Below are positions 13,138-25,790 of a stretch of 64,000 nucleotides of DNA, in pieces (position 1 is the first letter of the stretch; each line of letters begins with the position of its first letter). The stretch comes from Mustelus asterias (lineage: Eukaryota). The notes under the pieces were generated by a model. The model searched no databases, was not told where the DNA came from, and saw only the letters and a program-made list of their open reading frames with translations. The DNA is taken from contig NC_135805.1 in NCBI RefSeq assembly GCF_964213995.1, positions 81,654,001-81,718,000 on the forward strand. The letters are read 5' to 3'. The translations under genes were made by a program, and so were the position numbers.

Positions 13138-14896
13138 TACTTGGTGAATGGGCATTGAAGAGCAATAGTTCGGCACGGAGGATATGAAGGGTCATGGGAT
13201 AGGTGAATGGTGCATGGGTTGGTATGTATGGTATGCGGGGTTATGGGTGTGGTTGGAAGGGGAGACAAGCAAGGGTAAGAGTAAGTCCTCTTGAACTTAC
13301 CTCTCTATGGTTCAAGATATCTCTAAAGGGCTGTGAAGTAGTCTGTAAAAAGCTAGCCCAACTTCACAAAAATTGCAGAGGATGAAGATATGCCTATTCC
13401 TGCAATGGAGTCAGCCAGGTCAGGGGCACCGTGAGACTCCATGAAAATGCAGCCTAATATGTCTGGGAAGTTTCCCAGGTGCAAGTTGACTGTCTTCACC
13501 ATTTCAATGGAAGAGGTTTGAAGAACAATGGCTATCAGACCGTAAGGATGGAATGTCAAATAAGCTCTTTCAGTGAGCTAGTCACAACTGGTATTTTGAT
13601 GGATATCAACCATTCTATTGTGTACCAAACACTTCAGTTTCAATCTATTATCTGGACAATGGGATATTTTGAAACTGCTGGCATATAACCAACATTAGCA
13701 GGAGAGGAGGATTCAACACATTATTCTGCAAGAGAACTCAGCTAAGAACTCTGGATAGGCAACACAGGGATCTCACTCAGCAAAGAAGAAAAGAACCCTG
13801 TCTCTAAAAGACAGTCATTTCAGGCAGTTTTCATCTTTTATATTCCTTCTCTACAGAAGTTTAACCACAATTTTATATGAACAAACCAGAAATTTCCACC
13901 CTCCGTTGTCTTCAAAGAACAAGAGAGACAACCCTTCAGGCCTGTATGACTCATTTCTTGTTACATTGTTCATTACAGGTGCATGTTCCATCCCTTGAAT
14001 CCATCTTTTCTCATGTGTCTGTGTTTTGTTGCATCAACATGTCAGCTACAGTGTAAATAAACATTTATCCTTTCATTTGATTTAAACTCACCAGAAAGCT
14101 TGTCTGTGTCTATTCTTTAAAGCCTCAGTGTTCAAAAGATTTAAATCACTTCTTCTCAAAAATATATATATGGTTGCGTATATATGGTTGTGGTCAGCCA
14201 AGAGGCGAACAAAAAAGGGAAAGGTTATCCCACCACCTCTCCCCATCTGTAATCTGAGGTCTACAGAAGGAATTCTAAAGATTCGGTCTTTGGCAGCTGA
14301 AGGCACAAGAATGTGCAAGAAGTCAGAATTAGAGAACTGTAGATATCTTGGAGTTGAAGGGACTAGGAGATAAGTAGGAACTAGGTCATTGAAAAAAATT
14401 GAAAATGAGGATGAGAATTGTAAAATTGAGGGATTGTTTAATCAGGAGTCAATGAGCAAAGGGATGATGGATGAATAGGAATTTCTGAGAGTTAGGATAT
14501 GGGTAGCAGATGTTTGGATGGTATCAAGATTACAGAGAGTAGAACATGAGAGGCTAGCCAGGAGAGCATTGGAATAATGAAGTCTGGAGGTAACAAAGAC
14601 ATGGTTGAGGGTTTCCATATCAGATGAAATGAGGCAAGGGCAGAGTTAGGCGATGTTAAGTAGGTGGAAATCGTAATATGTGTTCGGAATCTCACCCGGA
14701 GGTTAAATATGACACCAAGAATGTGAACAATCTGTTTCAGCCTCAGACAACTTTGGGGCAAGGGTAATTATGCAGTGGCTCAAAAGCAAAGGTACTGTCT
14801 ACTGCCATGTAAACCGTTAGAAATGGATTTCTCCTAGTGTTTTATATTAAAATTAGGAAAGATACATGCATTTGATATACTTTCTGAAAATTCCTG

Positions 14897-15608
14897 TAGA
14901 TTTCAGGAAACATAGTGGAGGACATGCCCCTGTCTACATCAAAGGTGATGCAGTGGAGGTAGTGGAGAGCTTCAAGTTTCTAGGTGTTCAGATCACCAAC
15001 AACCTGCCCTGGTCCCTCCACGCTGATGCTATAGTTAAGAAAGCCCACGAATGCCTCTACTTTCTCAGAAGGCTAAGGAAATTTGGCATGTCCATATGAT
15101 TCTCACCAATTTTTACAGATGCACCATAGAAAGCATCCTTTCTGGATACATCACAGGTTAGCATGGCTCCTACTCTGACCAAGACCACAAGAAACTACAC
15201 AAAGTTGTGAACGCAGCCCAATCCATCACACAAACCAGTTTTCCACCTATTGATTCCATTTACACTTCCCACTGCCTCGGAAAAACAGCCAGCATAATCA
15301 AGGACCCCATGCATCCCAGACGTACTCTCTTCCACCTTCTTCTGTTGGGAAAAAGATACAAAAGTCTGAGGTCATGTACCAACCAACTCAAGAACAGCTT
15401 CTTCCCTGCAGACTTTTGAATGGTCCTATCACATATTAAGCTGATCTTTCTCTTCATCCTATCGGTAACTGCAATGTTATATTCTGCACCCTATCCTTTC
15501 CTTAAAGCTATGTACTCTATGAACAATATGTTTTGTCTGTATAGTTCGCAAGAAACAATACTTTTCACTGTATCTCAATACATGTGACAATAAATCAATT
15601 CAATTCAA
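14897..15608 (+). mobile_element. Rex1/Babar-type LINE 3' fragment
   Basis: DFRK..HAPVYIKGDAVEVVESFKFLGVQITNNLPWS.HA..IVKKA...LYFLRRLRKF; tail TGTGACAATAAATCAATTCAATTCAA. Confidence 0.75.
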
Positions 15609-16779
15609 GAAAGACATAGTCATTTACATTAATTCAGGCAAACATTGCATGTACTTCTTATCAGATATTGATACAAGTAATCCAAAACTCTGAACATTCA
15701 AATTACATTGTCTATCCTTAAATGGAAATAAAACAAACATCCATCCTGCTGCATCTAAATGTTAAATTTATGATACTATTAGGAGAACACATTTGGAAGT
15801 GAGCTGGATGGGTTTATACCAGGGCACTTAAAGTGGTTGATTAGGTCTTGCTGCTGTCTTCAGGGAATTGTCAGAGAAAGGGGCTAGTGCTGAATGTAAA
15901 ACAGCAAAAATTGAAAGGGAACCAAGGGCTGTGGGCAGGCAGGAAGGAAAGTGATGTTTAATCCACAATCAGATCAGTGATGATCTCATTGAATGGTGGA
16001 GAAGGCGCGATGGGCTCTTATTTTTTATGATTCTTATGATCAGTGAATTTTAAAACTTGTATTTTGAAAACTGGATTCAAGTATGTTAACGAAGTGACCT
16101 GCTCTATAATGGGATGTTTGGACCACTGATCGTCACTGCTGTTTAAAATGACTGCCCTTCCCATATATATGTTTTTAACCCCTTCTCCACCCATTCTGCT
16201 TGGCAGGTGGTGGCTGAGAGGTGGAAGAGGCTTAATCTAAAGGCTACTTGATTTTCTACTTGTTGATTGTTTCTTCTGTTATTTTCTTGGTTTTTCTTTT
16301 TTTTTAATCACCTGCTGTTTCATTTTTCTTTCCCCATTTCTCTTAGTCATTCTTTTTTTTCCTCTTTCTGTAATGGTGCCATTTTAATAGTTCCCTGAAT
16401 TCATGCTCCCAACTATATGATTGCACAGTGCCCTTGAAACAAAATGGCACATTGTACTTATTCTGCCATCATCTCTGAAGCAATTTAACACAGAAAGAAG
16501 CCTGTAGAAGTAAACTGATATAGAAAAACAATCCCGTGATGGCACTGAAGATGTTGATCAAGACAATGCAACTACAGTAGTCGCTGAGGGAAAACATTGT
16601 GTGATGAGCCAGCAATGATTCATAAACTAAATGTAAGAGCGCAATATAACAGTTATGGTTCGACATGAATTGGATTCAGTAGATTAGGTAATTGTAGCTC
16701 CAAACAAATCTAGCCTTTTTTTTCAGTCAGAATGTTGTAGGTAAAGGTTAGTTTTATGATGGAAATGTGAATGAGTGCA

Positions 16780-17920
16780 ATGGAAACACTGAAAAGTGGG
16801 TCCAGTCTCTATACAGGGAGTGTTGCCTAAGCAGGAAATAACAGTAACTGAGAGAAAAAGAAATGCTGACAGCAATGGAAGCAATGTGTAAGATAAAGGC
16901 AAAAGAGTCTGTTCTTAAAGTATTACACTACAGAGAGAGTGGCAGATTGAGGCAAATATAAAAACAAGGTAAAAGTAGCTAATAAACCACTCCTCCTCCT
17001 TCACACACCATTAATGACAATGGGATTTGTGTATGATTATGCCTGGTAAAGTATTGCAGTTGTTTGCTATTGCCTTCTGCAGTATGGCTGACCAGGCCTC
17101 TCCCACTCATCATCAGGCACTTTGGAAGGATTTACAGGCTGATACTCAACCATTTTGGACACCTTCCATGGCCATGGACTTGAACTCAGATCTTCCGGCC
17201 AGTGGTAAAGACATGACCACTGCGCACAAGGCCTTCTTCTGAACTAGTCAGGAATAGAATTGGAGCTGGGTTAGAAAACAGAACACTGCAGTAAAAGGAA
17301 TATAACACATTTCTATTAATGCATTTTCAGGAAGCAGGTTAACAAAAGAAAATGGTAGGGCCATTGAAAGATCACAAAGGTAGCACAATATCAAGGGATT
17401 TGCAACTTTTCAAAATGAAATCTCTTCTCTGTGATTATGGAAGAGGTTACAGGTTGTGATCACCAGGATGGAAGTTGAATTTCTATAGTGGGAGAGCAAG
17501 AGAAATTCCGGAGGATGTACAGATGAAGATAAAATAATGAGCTGAAGAGGTTTAAGGAAGATGATGCACAGGCCTCGGTGGATTTATACAGGGACACTTA
17601 AAGTGGCAGATAGCAAATTGATTGGGTTCTGCCACTACCTTTAGGGAATCATCAGTACGAAAGGTTCCTGCTGAGATTTGGAAATAGAACAAACTGAAGC
17701 AAACTTTAAAAAGGAACATTTGGACAATCCAGGAAATTACAAGCCACTGGGAAAATTAGAAGCCATCCTGAAAGAAGGTATAGTGAAACATTTACATAGG
17801 TAAAGGATGGGGATTTTTTCCAACAAAAGACTGGAGTTCTTTGAGGAAATTACAGATTAGTGACAACACAAAACTGTCCGTGTAATGTATTCAGATTTCA
17901 GAAAAGCTTTTATGACTACG
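16780..17920 (+). mobile_element. Ancient CR1 ORF2 remnant
   Basis: Degenerate FKK..DNPGNYKP, LEFFEEIT and MYSDFRKAF motifs at about 17700-17912. Confidence 0.5.
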
Positions 17921-19627
17921 CATAACTCTTGAAAATTACCAGCAAGTGGGTGGGGGTGATGGTGAGGATGAGGTGTATGGGTGGAGTGGGGTTGGGTTGC
18001 AAGTGCACCAAATAATGCAAAAAAGGCAAAAGTTGGAATTTAGTATGAAAAATATTGAATGAATTATCAGATGATTTTGAATTAAGGGAGTAGGCTGCAT
18101 TGATTCTTTCTCGGTAGAGCACCACTGGCAGCGGGATCTTCTGATCCTGCCGCTGTCAATGGAAATTACCATTGAAGCCACCCGATGTCGCTGAGATACC
18201 CGAAGCAGAAGGTGCACCAGTAGCAGGACCAGAGAATCTCACCGGCGTGAATAGCCGGAGAATTCTGGCCATTGTATTCAAGGTCCCAGCAGCACAGAAA
18301 GTGCTATGTTCCACGCTATTTATTTAATTATCTCTGTAGTTCTCAAGTGATTTTCTGCATTTAAAATCCTAGTTTGCATAGGTCTCACTAGTCCATGCAA
18401 TTAATTCATCCATTCAGACTTGAAAACTGTAAAAGGTGAACACTATTTCTGACTGTGCCGCTAACTAATTCTTCTATTAAATGACCATTAACCAATTATC
18501 TCTTTGTGCATAAATGCATTAGAAGTTTGGTGTCATTGTCACCTGCGCCAAACTTCTTTGTCTTTATCAGTGCCAGAAACATTTTAAGGGGAAAGCAATT
18601 TTTTAAACAAGCACTGCCCTCTGCAAGCAGCAGTGATGTCAAATTTAAAGTTGAAATTATGCTATGAACTAGAAATTATAGACCGTAATATTAGTGGGCG
18701 GTGAATCCTATGCTATTTTTGTGGAGGTATAAAATCATTTCAAAGTTTTTGGGACTGTCCCAGTAATTCCTTGTTAATATTGCTCCATTTATAATCCACC
18801 AGTAGACAAGCATTTCCTGACATGAACTGGCCAACTAACACTTATGCATACATACTTCAATTTCCAACATTTCCAAAGGTTTTGGGCTGCACTGAATTGT
18901 CAGACTACAACCCCGAAAATGAGACAGAACAAAAGTTGTGCACAGCTTCCACCCATGTTTTCAGTCTGACCACTTTCTGATGGAAGTGAGGGTTCCCCGC
19001 GGAAGGGAATATGGGTAAATCTGCTGCCTGCTCTTTTATGTCAAGGGATGTCTTTGGGAATATTTTCAGACCATTCCAGGAATTCCACCCTCACCTGCAA
19101 AAGGCCTCAGCACAACTCGTACCCGCTGAAAGCTGGAGTGAGTTTCATTGAGGCCACTGGAAAGGTTGCAAACCTTGTCTGAATTAAGATAATCAATCCC
19201 AGAAGAGATTGATTGTCTTACTGCGTTCTAAAGTTACATCTCTTATTGGAGATGAAGATTATTCACTGTTATTCTATTTGCCTGGCACCCATACAACCTG
19301 GTGGAGCAGCTTTGTGCTATTCTATCATCCATCCTGATCAGGGTGGGTCCCTCAAATGTCTAAAGCCCTGGAGTCATGCTTTGGAAATCCTGTAATGAAA
19401 GCCGCTTCTGTTTGAAGGCTGCTGCTGCCTCTGTGAATTGAGGTTATGTGAAATACCTCCCCCTCCCCACAGCACAAATGGTGGGTGCTGGTTTCGGGAT
19501 TGGGGCCGGGACTTCAGATATCAGGGTGCTCTGCCACCATTTTGACAAAGGTGTAGAGCCCTTCTGATTTAGTGAAAATTTAGCACAGAGTTTAATTAGG
19601 GGTAGCTGTGAATTTCACTCCAGCCTC

Positions 19628-20640
19628 CTCTTCTTCTTCTTTCCTATGGCTGAGTATAGAACAACAATCATAACTTTATTTTAGGGTGGTCAAGCCCGGA
19701 TATTATGTCAGGAATTGTGGGTGTGCATCGCTGTAATGCTTCCTTCATATTTACGAGTTGGGCATTGAGTCGTTATGTATTCCATGGTCTGTTCTGAGTA
19801 ACCACATCGCACAAAGTAGAGTTCTTAATTTTCTATTGATGCATTAGATATCCACATCTGCCATGGTCTGTACATATGTGGTTTAGGGATGTCTATGAAC
19901 TTTGTGGGAGGTTGAAATGAAAGACCTTATGTGTCAGATCTTTGAGCTGTTTGCTTGTAACTTCTTGAGAGGTCCATTCATTTTTCCAGGATTCTTAAGG
20001 GTTGAAATCGCATTACATGAGGTTAAGTGCATGAATCCAAAAGGGCTTATGTAACTTCAAGTAGAGATGAGAGACATTGGTGAGGTCCTGATGGATTGGG
20101 AGGTGTTCATTTTCTCCACCTTATGGAGAAGGTGCTTCGCCAGCTTATGGAGGGTCTCTGCACTGTGATAGATCATGGGGTGGGGGTTTGTGTAATGTGT
20201 ATCAGCACGAGTAGCCAGAGTGTTGGGTTTAACTTGAGGATTCTAGTGATGCATCTCATTGCAGTGTTCATTTGAACATCAACCAGTCGAATGCGGCTAC
20301 TTCTAGTCCATACACGGTGCACAGTACTCAGCTATGGGGTATTCAAGGACCATACTAGAAGTCCATTGTACAGGTGCTGAGGCCCCCCAAACATGCTGTT
20401 TGCCAGTTTATAGATCAAGGTGACTCTTGACGTTGTCTTGGTGGCTACCTTCTTCGGGTATTTGTGGAAGGTTCGTATGTGGTTCAGCTTCACTTCAAAG
20501 TAAGTCAGATTGGGGTCATGTTGTACAGGGTTGTCGCAGAATGTCACATTGAGGGCGTGTTTACCATTCTTGCTATGAAGATAAAATGGGGTGACAGTTG
20601 TTTTGAGGGTTTGGTTTGAGCCTCCTTTTATGGAAGTGTT
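19628..20640 (-). mobile_element. Decayed Ingi/Vingi-like LINE 3' part
   Basis: Minus strand HDPNLTYFEVKL..RTF, AEYCAP and WTRSSRIRLVDVQMNTAMRCIT; (GAA)n-like tail at about 19628-19642. Confidence 0.55.
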
Positions 20641-21369
20641 CAGACTAACACTCTAAATAGCCTCTGGCAATAGAATGAGCCCATTAGAAGTTCAACCCTT
20701 TTGCCTTTTTGCAGATTTACTGGATATAAATTTCAGAAATACACTTTCAGAATGTATATCTTTTCAACTTTTCCAAAACATTTTACTGCTACACAAATGA
20801 AGACAAGAACATTTTAGTTCTTGCAAATGAGCAAATTAATATTTGGCCAAGATAATAGATGTTTTCGAACATACTTACAGTAACAATATTTCATCCATGA
20901 GAGGAAAGTGGAGGCCTCAGCATCTCTGAAGAATTAATATATTTGAAGAGAATATTAAAGACTAAAGAAAAATGTATTTCTTTTCACTGCTCCACCTTTT
21001 GAGACTAAGACAAGAGTAAAGGGAGGCAGGACAGGGCAAGCATTTACCCGACACTAATCAGAATATCATTAAGTAACTCCCATTGGTTTCAAATGCTGTG
21101 ACATTGGCAGTGAACATGAGTTATGCAAATGCATTTGCAAATTATTCTCAGGATACCGGATGAACAGAGAAGTGGAAACAGAATCCTGATTAACCCATTT
21201 CTGCCCATTGATGAATGGGTGGTGCAAAGGATCTTTGGAAATTAGTCATATGCAGATGCTAAAAATTAGGATGGCCACAAATCTGTATTAATTTCCTAAA
21301 CCATTTGATGGAATTTCAAAGGTTCCAAGAAATGCTAATGAAGATGAAAGGCAACAAAACGATGGTGAA

Positions 21370-21740
21370 GAACAACAATCATAACTTAATCTGTTATCCG
21401 TTTAAAAACAAATGTGCATTTAGGCAGCATCCTAACACATCTCTCAGAACGTCTCAAAGTGCTTAATTTACAATGAAGCACTTTAAAGTGCAGTCCCTGA
21501 TGGTAAGTTGCTGAATGCAGCAGACATTTGCTCATAGCAAAATCCCACAAACAGCATTGAACCAAATGATCAATTAATAGTTTTTGTTGCTGTCTTGTTG
21601 ATAAAAAAAAATGTTGATGGGGATACAAGGAGAACTTCCTGCTCGTTCTCAAAATTTGTCGGTGGATCATAAATATCCATCTCAACAGGTAGATGAAGCC
21701 TCAGTTAGATACATCATTCAAAGGGACAGCATGACACTTC
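21370..21740 (-). mobile_element. Deu-domain SINE (SacSINE1/AmnSINE-like)
   Basis: Contains GGAGAACTTCCTGCTCGTTCTCAAAAT..GGATC..ATCCATCT..AGCCTCAGTTAGA..CATCATTCAAAGGGACAGCA, resembling the Deu core as recalled; L2-type tail. Confidence 0.55.
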
Positions 21741-23500
21741 CTTTTTGCTATAATTAACGTCTTCTCTCACCCATAAAAATGCAAGGGTGTTATAATTGAC
21801 CTCCGAGCTCCATTAAAGAAACAAAAAAATAATTGAAATTGTTGATGTTTGTCACTATCTGGTGGCTACTTCTGGAAAATGCTTGTGTGTAATTGGATGT
21901 AGGTAGAGGATTGGGTTGCAAATGATAATTCCGTCACTAGATAATCACCAGGATTCTCTGATCTCCCTGTGGCACTTTTCTTAGTGGCAGGATCTTCTGG
22001 TCCCGGTGCTATCAATGGGATTTCCTATTGATTCCACTCCATGCCACCAGCAAGCACGCAGCGGAGGTGCACTGTTGGCAGGACCAGAAGATTACGCCCA
22101 ATGTGTCAACGTTTACTGTCTGGGTCCACACAGAAGAATGGTCATTTGAGCAAATCGTGGAGGCTGGCCAGCATCCATATTATTAAGCACTAAGTAGGGC
22201 TGGGATAGAAAATAGACCACTGAGGGAGGGAATACAATTTTAAAATAACATTTCTTTTGAAGAAGGCACTTCAAAATTCTCCTCAAGCTATGTAAAGCAT
22301 GCATCGCTGTTACTTTCAGCAACTTTATTGACCAGCATTGTATTAACACAAAAGCAACATGCTATGGATATTATAAATCTGAAATAGAACATACTAGAAA
22401 TATTCAACAGGTGTGACAGCATCTGTGGAGAGTTAAGGGCATGGATTTTATATTTCTCAGTGGGGTGAGGGAGGTGCAACTAAAACTGAGGGGTCCTCTC
22501 CTCACTATAATAGTGCATCTTAGCAGACATAGGATGGCCAACTGATGGCAGTCCAGCAGGAAAGAGGTCAATCATATATGCAGAGGGAGCTTGCTTCCCG
22601 ACTACAAACCCTCACAGCGATTATCAGGGCAATTTTCTCATGCCTGTTTTTAGATGCCACAATATTGGGACTTTGAGTAAATATTTTTTTAAAGTGATGA
22701 ATTTTTGTTGCAGCTACATTCACAGAGGAAAATCAATCACACCTTGGTGTGAATAAATAAATTGTGGTCTGAGAATCAGCACTGTAGACTAGAAATCATG
22801 TGGCAGTGGGGTAATGCCATGGTCAAGGCTAGAATTATAAAGTCCCCTGCCCTCAGAACCAGTCTTTATTACACATTGTAGGCACAAAGAGGATTTTAAA
22901 TAGTCATTAAAAGTCATACAGATGCTGCGAACTTCCCCAGGAGAATCTGCTGGCACCATCAATCATGGTCCTGGTGGCAGGCCTTTTCAGTTGCCCTTGT
23001 GCTGCCTTGTTTTAACTGGCATAAAAGACTCCTAAACTTTTTCATGTCCGATCCCAGAAAAATGCACCAGGTAATGAAAAATTGCAGACGATTAGGCTGT
23101 TAATAAGCTGAATAGCTTGTTAATTAATGACTTCTAAATGACAGGCGGGCTGCCATTTTTGGAGCTTACTCGCCTTGATGTTGGGTTGCTGACCCAATAT
23201 CATGGCACATTTTTCATCAGCATGGGAGGGCACTGTGCCCCAGTTGGAAATCTAGCCCAGTGTTTCAGGTTGGTTCTGACAAGTTGTCAGCTTGAAATGT
23301 TAACTATGTTTCTCCACAGTTACTGCCTAACCTGCAGTGTATTTCCAATTTTTTATTCTTGTTTTACATTGCATTCACCATTGATACTAAGTTTCATCTT
23401 TACTGCTTGGATGTTTATCTGACAGTGGAATTAAAAGTTTTTGTATTCTACGATGAGCTGGTGATCTCTTCCAATCTATTACCATTCAGGTGGTAGCCAT

Positions 23501-23722
23501 GATGTGGAGATGCCAGCGTTGGACTGGGCACAGCGTTGGGGTGGGCAAAGTAAGAAGTCTCACAACACCAGGCTAAAGTCCAACAAGTTATTTGGTATCA
23601 CGAGCTTTCGGAGCTCTGCTCCTTCATCAGGTGAGTAGAAGATGAAGGAGCAGCGCTCTGAAAGCTCATGATACCATATAAACCTGTTGGACTTTAACCT
23701 GGTGTTGTGTGACTTCTTACTG
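23501..23722. mobile_element. Penelope-type fold-back terminal fragment
   Basis: About 80-bp inverted arms (23549-23628 / 23641-23722); CATTCAGGTGGT repeated at 23483-23494 and 23723-23734. Confidence 0.75.
23598..23634 (-). ncRNA. Minimal type I hammerhead ribozyme
   Basis: Minus strand UCAC-CUGAUGA-A-GGAGC-AGA-GCUCC-GAAA-GC-UC-GUGA: intact core, stem I UCAC/GUGA, 5-bp stem II, palindromic AGCU in place of stem III, as described for Penelope-like element hammerheads. Confidence 0.75.
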
Positions 23723-24124
23723 CATTCAGGTGGTGAAAGTGAAAACTTGTGCTTTGGTTTTAATGGCTTGCTACAATTATCTGTTATCAGAACTACTTTT
23801 CCCTTCAAATACTGTCTAACTCAAGAAGTCATTGCAGCTATTAATAGGCTCAGCCTGGGTTTCCAACATTCTTCCAATTGCAAGGATAAGACTCCAAATT
23901 GTTCTATGTAAACAAATTTCATTACTTATATTTTGTATTGATTTAGAAAGTTCTAAATATATGAATGCTGATCATTATTCATGTGAATGTGAAACTGTAC
24001 TTGTACAATTTTGCTGGATGCAAATTTTGATATCGTCAAAAAACATTGTTTAAACATTGAAATATTTGGATTAAAATTGTGAACTAAATCAGGATTTTAA
24101 GTTTGCTTTCTTTGTGTTTGTTAA

Positions 24125-24391
<267 letters not shown>

Positions 24392-25790
24392 TGATAAGAT
24401 GTGTTTAATTAGTGCAATTAAGGTAGAAATTAGACAGCTGCACTGTTTAAAACCCACAATATGAGCAGAATGGGGTCTGCTTTTGGGGACAGATATCTGA
24501 TGCAAAATTTATGTTTCAGGTATCCCTGGTGGGCACCTAAAAAAAAATTAGTCATTACATTTGTAAATAAAGGACCTTGTGGCTTATTCGCCCCTTACGA
24601 ATCCTTAGGTTTTTCTTCTGTTGATTTTAATGGAAGAAAAACCAGATGATTGCTGTTACTATGGGGTGAACGTGCTGCCAGATTTTCCTTTCCATGTGCT
24701 GCCCAGATGATGTTTAACACCTGGGCTGTAAAGACAAAAATCTACCGACAGGGTTTAAAAATGCTGCCTTTTTATCCGGATGCTTAATTCAGGCCAGGTT
24801 TGGATAACTATTACATAGGTACTGTCTCGCTGAAAAGTTTTTGGCAAATCTTCTTAACCCATTGCTGTAAATCATATTGAAATCATATCTGAACAAAATA
24901 GAAGTACTGAATTATTTTTCATGAAGTTACAGTTAATACTGAGTATGGTTTTGTGAGCTGTAATTGAGACTGCCCTAACACATGTCAATTAGAACTTTAT
25001 GACCAACAGAATCCAAAGATTTTTCCCATTAGTGTGCATTGGATTTGAAACCAGATCTCAAAGTTGAAAGGATTGCGTGCCAATGCACTGTAAAACCCTG
25101 TCCTCCACTGTTTTATTTTCAACTTTATAAAAAAAATCAACTGTGCTTATTTCTAAGTGATTCATTCAGTCTTTAGCTTTACTACACAAATTTTCTTCTC
25201 ATAATGAAGTAACCAACATAATAATTTCAGCAGTACAGACCAAACTGTTGATACAAGGTTAGCACATTGCTCTACCAATTAACATGACACTGTTGCATGG
25301 TGTCTTGTTCAAAGTTACCATGAAATGTACGTCAAGCAGGTGCCAAAGGTAATGTTCGATGAGTGATCTTTTTCATAACAATTCATCACCTTTTGTGCCT
25401 TGACCGTAGCCATCTTTGGTGACAAGAATTTTGTTATTTTAAAGATTCTCAGAAACCACAAGTTTTTAATTTGTCCAGCATGGTGGTCTGGCAACATATG
25501 GAATAATTTTATAAAATTGCACTTCTGTCACAAAGAAATTTCTGGAAAGTATTCCTCTGGTGTTTTGACAATAGAAAGTGATTCACTTCATAATTCTCTG
25601 CACACTTTAAGTTACTATCATTAGCGGGATGAGTGGCAGTGTGGGTGTGGTGAGGTGAGGAAGTTGCAGATAGTTGATTGCAAAGGGGAAGAGGCCACTT
25701 TGCTACAAGGAGAAAGGAGGGTTCAAGGAGTGAGTCCGTCACATCCTCTTATGTTGCCCCTTCACTGCCTAGTGCTCTTGCAGAGGCAAA

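Larger units (their letters stand above)
12064..13455. mobile_element. Non-autonomous DNA transposon (MITE-like)
   Basis: Imperfect TIRs AGGCTGGAATCTC / GAAAATGCAGCCT; AAT duplicated at 12061-12063 and 13456-13458. Confidence 0.5.
11929..14254. mobile_element. Probable solo LTR inserted into L2, itself interrupted at 12064-13455
   Basis: Starts with TGTGATGG exactly where the L2 sequence stops; contains AATAAA near 14056; L2 resumes after ...CTGTAATC. The terminal CA and TSD are degraded. Confidence 0.4.
11760..14760 (-). mobile_element. L2 LINE 3' fragment, split (11760-11928 and about 14255-14760) by nested insertions
   Basis: L2-like LGVIF..RFRTHI plus a frameshifted ETL.H.FVTSRL.YSNALLA-type segment at 14492-14761; L2-type 3' UTR near 11760. 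Confidence 0.6.

Noticed and set aside
13390-13430. ATG-initiated MPIPAMES resembling the short RCAN2 first exon (MPAPSMDC..)
   Set aside because: Similarity ends after about 6 codons, there is no suitable donor, and it lies inside a MITE.
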